DNA from: an uncultured Solobacterium sp.
GTDB taxonomy: Bacteria; Bacillota_I; Bacilli_A; Erysipelotrichales; Erysipelotrichaceae
DNA length: 24,000 nt
Reading direction: 5' to 3'
Assembly (NCBI RefSeq): GCF_963550625.1
Contig: NZ_CAUVCV010000005.1
Span: 68,995 to 92,994 of the forward strand
Each line of letters opens with the position of its first letter. The stretch's first letter is position 1. The notes under the pieces were generated by a model that made no database searches, had not been told where the DNA came from, and saw only the letters and a list, made by a program, of their open reading frames with translations. The position numbers were made by a program, and so were the translations under genes. This document shows positions 17,890 through 24,000 of this stretch, piece after piece.

Positions 17890-19965
17890 ATGCTAAATAA
17901 ATTACCAGAAAAATTAACACTTCTACGAAAACATTACGGTCTTTCACAGGGTGATGTAGCAACAAAAATCAGTGTAAAGTTTACCGATTATATGAACTGG
18001 GAAAATGGCAATAGTATCCCATCAATATCAAATATTCGTAAGTTATCTATGTTGTTTGGTGTTCCGGTTGAATCTTTTATTGATAACAGAAAGGTAATTG
18101 AGTTACCTGAGATAAAGGTAGTACCACCAGTACAACCAGAGTCAAGACCAGAACCAGAACAAAAACTAGATGAAACATTAAAAACAAGTACAATTCATAC
18201 ACAAAGAGTTAATTCTGTTAAGAATGACTTAGGAAGTACACGTGTCATGGATGCAGGAAAGATTAAGACAGCCGCAAAGGCAGCAGATACAAATCAACCG
18301 AAGAAACAAGATACTCAAAACAATCGCAAGAAGATTTCTTATGCGATTATCGCCGGATGCTTGGTTGCGGTTATCGCAGTTGTAGCACTTATCTTACGTA
18401 TGACAACAGGTGGCGGTAAATCAAACTTTACTGTAGAAACTTCTGAACTAAACTGTATCGCAGAAGGTGATACCTATACATTATTTATTAATAAGAATAA
18501 TGCCTTAGAAGTTTATGGTGATTTCCAGTATAAGAATGAATTCCAGGATGTTGTACAAGTCAGTGCTTATGGAAGTCATGCGGTAGGCCTTAAGAAAGAT
18601 GGTACAGTCGTAACGACCGATAAGAATGAGGAAGTTACGAAATGGAAGAACATTAAGGCGATTGCGGCTGGAAAAGACCATACAGTTGGTTTAACAAGTG
18701 ATGGTAAAGTTCTTTGTGCAGGTAGTGAACTTGCGTGTCAAGTCAGTGATTGGACAGATGTAGAGAGCGTCTACGCTGGTGATGATGCGACATTTGCGAT
18801 TGTAAATGGACAGGTGAAAGTATCAGGTAACTCTGCAAACTTCAGTACAATTAGTGACGCAAAGAAGTTGGCTGTTGGTGATTCACAAGTACTTGTATTA
18901 AAGAAAGATGGTAGTGTAGCTGCTGTATCCTTAAAGGGAAACAGTACAAGTGATGTATCTAGCTGGGCTAAGATCGCATCCATTGCTGTAGGAAAAAACT
19001 ATGTCGTTGGTGTACATGAAGATGGCACAGTCAGTGTTGTCTCAGATGATAAAGATTTAAAGGAAACAGTCGAAGCTTGGACAGATGTAAAATATATCGC
19101 AGCGTATGATGATACACTCGTTGCCTTCAATCGCTCTGGTAAGATGTATGGTTATGGAGATAACTCCAGTAGCCAATACGATAATTCATTTAAGGCAGAT
19201 GCAAAACAACTATCACAAGTGAAGAATATTACATTCACAGTCACAACAGCGAATGTAAATATTGCGTGGGATCCAGTTGAAAATGCAGATTACTATGAAT
19301 TAACAATTAACACGAATCCAATTACAGAACATAAGAATATTATTTCAAATAGTGATAGTATCGCATCCTCATCCCTCAAGGATGGAGAGACATACGTCGT
19401 AACAATCACAGCACATTCCAAGAAGGAAGATAAGTATAAGACAAGTGAGAAGACTTCGATTAACTTTGCATATAGTGCAAAGACAGTACAGCTCAACTCA
19501 CCAACAGATATTACAGCGAATGGGTTACAGAATGCTTGGCATTTTGCTTGGTCAGCAGTAGAGAATGCAGATAAGTATAATATCTCAATTGATGGAACGG
19601 TTGCGGCATCTAATGTTGAAGGAACATCCATTACGATTGACGGTATCTCATTTGCGGAAGGCTCTGAACATGAAATTAGTATTACAGCTCTATCATCGAA
19701 CCCTGCATACACTGAAAGTGTACCAACAAAGGCTAAGATGAAGTATACTATCAGCAAAGGTAAGATTAAGGTTAATCTTGAAAAACCAGATGGTAGCAGT
19801 GCCGGTTCAAAGACATATGAGCTCAATGTAGGTTCGTACTATATTCAAAATATTATCAAACCTAGTGATATCCCAAGTGGATTCAAACTGTCAACTGAAC
19901 CTGTTCAAGCTGAAGTTATGAATGGGCAAACAACAGAAGTAACGATTAAATTAGAAGCAAACTAA
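17890..19965 (+). CDS. membrane-tethered XRE-family HTH protein with extracellular RCC1-like beta-propeller, two FN3-like modules and a C-terminal beta-sandwich-like domain
   Basis: aa 7-63: Cro/C1 HTH (LRKHYGLSQGDVATKISV...WENG...P). aa 149-171: single TM (ISYAIIAGCLVAVIAVVALILRM). aa ~187-430: seven 35-40-aa repeats (AYGSHAVGLKKDGTVVT, AAGKDHTVGLTSDGKVLCAG, AVGDSQVLVLKKDGSVAAV, AVGKNYVVGVHEDGTVSVV and others). aa 443-528 and 535-619: modules sharing W-x-x-VENAD-x-Y. GGAGG RBS. Confidence 0.85.
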   Translation: MLNKLPEKLTLLRKHYGLSQGDVATKISVKFTDYMNWENGNSIPSISNIRKLSMLFGVPVESFIDNRKVIELPEIKVVPPVQPESRPEPEQKLDETLKTSTIHTQRVNSVKNDLGSTRVMDAGKIKTAAKAADTNQPKKQDTQNNRKKISYAIIAGCLVAVIAVVALILRMTTGGGKSNFTVETSELNCIAEGDTYTLFINKNNALEVYGDFQYKNEFQDVVQVSAYGSHAVGLKKDGTVVTTDKNEEVTKWKNIKAIAAGKDHTVGLTSDGKVLCAGSELACQVSDWTDVESVYAGDDATFAIVNGQVKVSGNSANFSTISDAKKLAVGDSQVLVLKKDGSVAAVSLKGNSTSDVSSWAKIASIAVGKNYVVGVHEDGTVSVVSDDKDLKETVEAWTDVKYIAAYDDTLVAFNRSGKMYGYGDNSSSQYDNSFKADAKQLSQVKNITFTVTTANVNIAWDPVENADYYELTINTNPITEHKNIISNSDSIASSSLKDGETYVVTITAHSKKEDKYKTSEKTSINFAYSAKTVQLNSPTDITANGLQNAWHFAWSAVENADKYNISIDGTVAASNVEGTSITIDGISFAEGSEHEISITALSSNPAYTESVPTKAKMKYTISKGKIKVNLEKPDGSSAGSKTYELNVGSYYIQNIIKPSDIPSGFKLSTEPVQAEVMNGQTTEVTIKLEAN

Positions 19966-19981
19966 GTGCAAGGAGAAACAC

Positions 19982-20188
19982 ATGGACAGACTTTGGTATT
20001 ATACAAAACGAGGTAGCACAGAAAAATTTGGCCCATTTACAGATGCGGAATTAGTGCAGTTCATCAAACAAGAAATTCTTTGCAAGGATGACTATATCTG
20101 GATGCCAGATTTGAAGAGTTGGTTAGAAATATCAAATTCAATCTATGCAATCTACTTGCCGGCTTCAGATACAACAGTAGAAATATAA
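19982..20188 (+). CDS. small GYF_2 (DUF4339)-like domain protein
   Basis: 68 aa. WYYTKRGSTEKFGPFTDAELVQFIKQEIL..DDYIWMPDLKSWLEIS fits the W-Y-Y..G...GP.....L......G.I.....W..G...W pattern. AAGGAGA RBS 5 nt upstream. Starts 16 nt after the previous stop. Confidence 0.7.
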   Translation: MDRLWYYTKRGSTEKFGPFTDAELVQFIKQEILCKDDYIWMPDLKSWLEISNSIYAIYLPASDTTVEI

Positions 20189-20190
20189 AG

Positions 20191-20233
20191 AAAAGAATGT
20201 ATTTGTAGGAAAGCCCTATAAATACATTCTTTT
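20191..20233. terminator. bidirectional terminator
   Basis: AAAAGAATGTATTT and AAATACATTCTTTT form a 14-bp stem with a 15-nt loop, between convergent genes. Confidence 0.6.
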
Positions 20234-20245
20234 TGTATACATGCA

Positions 20246-20677
20246 TTATTTTCTACGAATGCTTTGAAGTGTTGTTGTACCAATGATTGTACCAAGACTA
20301 AGTGCGACAAGAGATAGAATACAATCAAATGCTTGTACTTCTGCTAGTCGGATATTGCCAGTTACTAGTGATGCGATCATATAGTGGAACATGTCTCCAG
20401 GAATCAATGGAATAATGGATGGGTAGATAAAGTAAGCAGTAGGAACCTGAAGCTTACGAGACATAAATTCACCGTAAAGCGAAGCAGCAAGTGCAGAAAT
20501 TAAAATGATGACAAAGCGATTATCCAGAAAACTAGAAAGTGAGATATTTACTAAGCGCACTAAGAATCCACCAAGACCTGCATATAGTAATTTATCTTTG
20601 CCATGAATCCCAAAGGTAACACTAAAAGCTAGTGAAGCAATAAAGGAAAATAGTAGAATCAATATGTTGTTTACCAT
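20246..20677 (-). CDS. threonine/serine exporter family protein, small subunit (ThrE_2/DUF3815, YjjB-like)
   Basis: 143 aa, four to five TM segments. Overlaps the upstream ThrE-type gene by 7 nt. Confidence 0.7.
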   Translation of the reverse strand: MVNNILILLFSFIASLAFSVTFGIHGKDKLLYAGLGGFLVRLVNISLSSFLDNRFVIILISALAASLYGEFMSRKLQVPTAYFIYPSIIPLIPGDMFHYMIASLVTGNIRLAEVQAFDCILSLVALSLGTIIGTTTLQSIRRK

Positions 20678-21447
20678 GCGCCTGTACCTCCCATTAGAAT
20701 TACAGCAAAGTACATGCCAGCTGCTAGAGAGGCACTTTCTAAGAATACATTTAGTAATTGTAGGATACCATTGAACTCATGGCCACAAATCAAATTACGA
20801 AATGCATTGACTAAAGGGATACCTGGAATCATGAGTAAGCTGATAGAAATCAAAGTCCACTGTGTATCTGCAATCAATCCTACTCTAACTAATAGAAAGG
20901 ATAGAATTGTGCCTAAGAACATACTAATAATATTGTTAATAATCTTCTCAGTACGTAGTTTGGAAAGACCTAGATTAATCCAGTATAGACAGAAAGAAAC
21001 TAATGCAGTCGCAATCATATCAGTTGGTTTACCACCTAGAATAAAACAAACACAAGTAATTGCGAGTACTTGGCAGAATAAAGTAGTTATAACACTATAT
21101 TTCTTTGTGTTTTGAGCTTGGTCTAGCACATTCTGTAATTGTTCAGCAGGGATAGGGTGGTTAGCAACTTGGTGCATAATATTGTTTAAAATACGTAGCT
21201 TTTCCAAGTTAATAGATATTGTAGGAATATCTAACTGTTTCATATATGTATTTCCATCAGTACCACAGAAACAAACACTTACATACTGATGTGTCATAAC
21301 AGTACTTAGCTCAGTTAACTGATACGCCTCTGCATTCTTTTCGATAGCGAACTCTACATGTTCAAGAGTTGAACCGTTTGATAGTAGTGCATGGGCTAAT
21401 TTTGTTAGATAATTTAATATCTGTTCCATTTCTAAACGAGTATTCAT
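20671..21447 (-). CDS. threonine/serine exporter family protein, large subunit (ThrE/DUF1212, YjjP-like)
   Basis: A soluble N-terminal helical region (LNYLTKLAHALLSNGSTLEHVEFAIEKNAEAY) followed by TM segments. AAGGAGA RBS 5 nt before ATG 21447 (MNTRLEM). The track start at 21525 has no RBS and is rejected. Confidence 0.8.
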   Translation of the reverse strand: MNTRLEMEQILNYLTKLAHALLSNGSTLEHVEFAIEKNAEAYQLTELSTVMTHQYVSVCFCGTDGNTYMKQLDIPTISINLEKLRILNNIMHQVANHPIPAEQLQNVLDQAQNTKKYSVITTLFCQVLAITCVCFILGGKPTDMIATALVSFCLYWINLGLSKLRTEKIINNIISMFLGTILSFLLVRVGLIADTQWTLISISLLMIPGIPLVNAFRNLICGHEFNGILQLLNVFLESASLAAGMYFAVILMGGTGAW

Positions 21448-21567
21448 CGGATTCTCCTTATTAGGCTTATAGTATATATTCAATATCCACACGTTAGCAA
21501 GAAAAAGTAGAGATAGTAATTTCAAGGGTTGAGATGAAACAATGTTATAGTAAAACAGGGTGATAAA

Positions 21568-22206
21568 ATGAAAGAAAAAATAGGTTCAGTTTATTCGATT
21601 GCAAAGGATAACCCATGGGTAACAAGCTGTACAGTTTCAAAAGAAGTGATGAAGAATGTCAGTTATTATTCCTTGGCAGAGAATACTGATATCAGTGCAG
21701 AAATCTACCCGTATTACAAATTGATCTATGTTCATACAGGAAGAGCAGTTGTCTATACAAATGAAGATGAAAAGACGGTTAATGTCGGTGAAGCAATCAT
21801 TGCGAAAATCAATATTCCTGTAGGAATTAAAACAGATCAAGGAACCATTTATACAGAAATCATGATAGGAGAAAATAGTATGATGAACAGCGCAGTAAAA
21901 CCAGGTGAAGTATTTGGCTTAAAGGATTTAGTACCATATCAGGATGGTAAGATTGTAAACATGGATGTTGCACACAATGAAAAGATGAAGTTTGTTGTGA
22001 TGGCATTTGATGCAGGAACAGGCTTGTCTGAACACGCAGCTCCAGGCGAAGCGCTAGTATTTGCGTTAGACGGTAGTGCAACAATTATCTATGAAGGTGT
22101 AGCACATGAAATCCATGCAGGTGAACAGTTCTGCTTTGCAAAGGGTGGCTTACATGCAGTAACCGCAACAGAAAAGTTCAAGATGGCTTTATTATTAACA
22201 TTATAA
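21568..22206 (+). CDS. bicupin-like cupin-domain protein
   Basis: 212 aa with two cupin-like halves (YKLIYVHTGRAVVY...VGEAI and HAAPGEALVFALDGSATIIYEG..HEIHAGEQF). Confidence 0.7.
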   Translation: MKEKIGSVYSIAKDNPWVTSCTVSKEVMKNVSYYSLAENTDISAEIYPYYKLIYVHTGRAVVYTNEDEKTVNVGEAIIAKINIPVGIKTDQGTIYTEIMIGENSMMNSAVKPGEVFGLKDLVPYQDGKIVNMDVAHNEKMKFVVMAFDAGTGLSEHAAPGEALVFALDGSATIIYEGVAHEIHAGEQFCFAKGGLHAVTATEKFKMALLLTL

Positions 22207-22213
22207 GAATTCT

Positions 22214-22246
22214 AAAATGTCTCAGTGATGAGGCATTTTCTTTTTG
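22214..22246 (+). terminator. rho-independent terminator
   Basis: AAAATGTCTC-AGTGAT-GAGGCATTTT followed by CTTTTT. Confidence 0.7.
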
Positions 22247-22270
22247 CCAAAAAGAAAACTGTACTCTCCA

Positions 22271-23323
22271 TTATAGAAATACGGAAAGTACAGTGAGGAA
22301 GAAACCAACAAATATAAACCAACCTAATAGATATCCCTTTAGATAATGCTTGCATAACGCAACATATTCACGAATCATTGCGCTTGGCCAGAAGTAGAAT
22401 GCGATAGGTGCACCAATGCCGATTGCTGGAATATCTAAAGAGCGACAAAGGAGTAATGCACGATAGACATGGAAGTTGGAAGTGACTACCGCAATACGCA
22501 TGCGGCCACCTCTACGCTTAATGATTTCATAGGAATTACGCATGTTTTCGAATGTATTAACACTCTTATCTTCCATGATGATTTGATGATTCTTAATGCC
22601 TTTATCAATTAGGTATGTACGCATGGCTTCCGCTTCAGATACTTTTTCATCGGAACCTTGGCCACCAGAAACAACGATATAACAAGAAGATACTGACTTA
22701 TTAAATACACGAATCGCCTTATCAAGACGATTGGCAAGTAGTTTCGTTGGTGTTAAACCATCAATTAATCCAGCACCTAATACAATAATGTAGTCAAAAT
22801 CAACATGTCGTGGAAGAATCTGGATGAATATGGAATAAAACATAAATGCGACGAATACAAGTGAAATATATAAGACACTAAATCCAAATCCCATTTTAAG
22901 CAGAGTTGGAAAATCTTGTATTAGATGAATCGAATGATCTATATAGTTGTTAACAGCCACTATCATTGAAGTTATGAAATAAAATTCACCAACTAAGATA
23001 AAGATTCCAAACGCTATGGATAGGAAACTTGTAATGTGGAAACCTTCCTTACGAAGCATCTGTACACTATTTACCATCAATAAGAATGGAATGATAAATA
23101 TCAAGAACATAAAGGTGGTGACAAATATACTGGAATATATCGTCGCAATCCTGGATATACCTGAATACTGCACAGATAAAACAAAGAGTGCAAATAGTAG
23201 GATTAATAAAAATACTGCATTACGAAAACGTCTAGAATCCTTGAAGAAGGAGCATAAGAATATCGCTAGTGATATGATCACCATAAATTCTGGTGTAAGA
23301 ATATAATTCATGAATGTAAACAT
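22271..23323 (-). CDS. YdcF/DUF218-family protein with N-terminal multi-TM domain
   Basis: 350 aa. About five N-terminal TM segments, then DUF218 blocks IIVLGAGL, VVSGGQG, EAEAM, DKSVNTFEN and VVTSNFHVYRA. No clear RBS at either candidate ATG. Confidence 0.8.
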   Translation of the reverse strand: MFTFMNYILTPEFMVIISLAIFLCSFFKDSRRFRNAVFLLILLFALFVLSVQYSGISRIATIYSSIFVTTFMFLIFIIPFLLMVNSVQMLRKEGFHITSFLSIAFGIFILVGEFYFITSMIVAVNNYIDHSIHLIQDFPTLLKMGFGFSVLYISLVFVAFMFYSIFIQILPRHVDFDYIIVLGAGLIDGLTPTKLLANRLDKAIRVFNKSVSSCYIVVSGGQGSDEKVSEAEAMRTYLIDKGIKNHQIIMEDKSVNTFENMRNSYEIIKRRGGRMRIAVVTSNFHVYRALLLCRSLDIPAIGIGAPIAFYFWPSAMIREYVALCKHYLKGYLLGWFIFVGFFLTVLSVFL

Positions 23324-23425
23324 AGCAAAATAGTAACATGAATAAAAGTATCTGTGTGTGAATAATATTAAAAACAGCTTAGTATTCTACTTTTAAGCTT
23401 CTTAGAATTACGCTATAATCAAATA

Positions 23426-23627
23426 AACCGTTGATCGGAAATAGTACTACAATATACCGGCTTAAGAGAGAGGCACATTTGGTGAGAGTGCTTTGGCAGA
23501 TGGTGTTGATGGGAATGCCTCCGAGAGGGTCTTCTTGATATGTAGAGAAGGACGTTGCACTAATGTTATCAGTGAAATTCTAAAGAGTGGATACGCATAG
23601 CGTCTTTTTAAGAAAGACGCTTTTTTA
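23426..23627 (+). promoter_or_regulatory. T-box leader (tRNA-Cys responsive) with terminator/antiterminator
   Basis: AGAGAGAG and GGTGAGA stem-I elements. Specifier-loop context GGGAA-UGC-CUCCGAGAG (UGC at 23516-23518). T-box AAAGAGUGGAUACGC with UGGA at 23588-23591. Terminator AGCGTCTTT-TTAAG-AAAGACGCT plus T6 (23599-23626). TATAAT at 23414-23419 upstream. Confidence 0.8.
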
Positions 23628-23641
23628 ACAGGAGGAAGAAT

Positions 23642-24000
23642 ATGATCAGACTGTATAATACAAAGACTTTACAAATCGAAGATTTTAAACCAATTCATGA
23701 GGGACATGTAGACATGTATGTATGTGGACCAACTGTGTATAACTATGCACATATCGGTAATGCACGACCAATGATTGTGTTTGATGTGCTGAAGCGATTA
23801 TTTGAAGCAGAAGGATATAGCGTTACGTATGTATCTAACTTTACAGACGTTGATGACAAGATTATTAAGAAGGCTGCCGAAGAAAACACAACCGAAGCGG
23901 TAATTGCACAGCGTTATATCGATGCGTATCAGGAAGTACGTACATTACTGAATACAGAACTTCCTGATATTACACCACGTGTTACAGAAACAATGGATAA
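23642..24000 (+). CDS. cysS: cysteine--tRNA ligase, 3'-truncated by the window end
   Basis: MIRLYNTKT...MYVCGPTVYNYAHIGNARP carries the class I HIGN signature in the typical CysS N-terminal context. AGGAGG RBS at 23630-23635. Confidence 0.95.
   Translation, partial: MIRLYNTKTLQIEDFKPIHEGHVDMYVCGPTVYNYAHIGNARPMIVFDVLKRLFEAEGYSVTYVSNFTDVDDKIIKKAAEENTTEAVIAQRYIDAYQEVRTLLNTELPDITPRVTETMD

Noticed and set aside
19216-19746. DNA-level tandem repeat in the two FN3-like modules
   Set aside because: The similarity is mainly at the protein-motif level (VENADxY). The nucleotide sequences have diverged, so this is domain duplication and not a repeat feature.
19293-19826. 177-aa ORF antisense to the FN3 region of the HTH-propeller gene
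   Set aside because: It lies entirely inside a well-supported + strand gene with repeat and domain structure. It has no RBS, and its protein is low-complexity and hydrophobic with no motif. This is a typical shadow ORF.
17890-19965. Annotating the HTH-TM protein as RodZ
   Set aside because: Only the N-terminal XRE HTH plus single-TM layout matches. The ectodomain is an RCC1-like repeat array with FN3 modules rather than the short RodZ C-terminal domain.
20714-21115. 133-aa + strand ORF antisense to the ThrE-type exporter gene
   Set aside because: It is fully embedded in a gene with clear family features and a strong RBS. It has no RBS or recognisable motif of its own.
21448-21525. 26-codon N-terminal extension of the ThrE-type gene (track start at 21525)
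   Set aside because: There is no RBS before 21525. AAGGAGA sits 5 nt before ATG 21447, and the extension would run into the divergent promoter region.

Overview
Low-GC Bacillota-type chromosomal window: GGAGG ribosome-binding sites, rho-independent terminators and a T-box leader. I support 25 protein-coding genes. I found no rRNA, tRNA, CRISPR array, transposase or integrase. Core genes sit at the edges: a stand-alone gap (653-1684) and a T-box-controlled cysS (23426-24000, cut by the window end). The main accessory feature is a ~10.6 kb island (1744-12359) that looks like an expanded frl-type Amadori/fructosamine utilisation locus. It holds an APC permease, an FrlD-like PfkB kinase, an FrlB-like SIS deglycase and an FrlC-like TIM-barrel epimerase. 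It also holds four enzymes absent from the classical frl operon: an EstA-type esterase, a BtpA/SgcQ protein, a second (FGGY) kinase and a divergent YtcJ-like amidohydrolase. Two tandem HutC/GntR regulators complete it. A ~30-nt motif is shared by the two promoter regions, and near-identical copies of one hairpin terminator bracket the island. The second notable locus (17890-20188) encodes a membrane-tethered XRE HTH protein with an extracellular seven-repeat RCC1-like propeller and two FN3-like modules, followed by a small GYF_2-like protein. Other content: a DJ-1-like protein, a receiver-less LytTR regulator with a DUF3021-like membrane partner, a cytoplasmic GH13 enzyme, a YoaK/DUF1275 protein, an AT-rich alpha/beta hydrolase beside a gene remnant, a split ThrE-type exporter, a bicupin and a DUF218/YdcF membrane protein. 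Family assignments come from motifs read in the translations and from recalled family knowledge. No searches were run.
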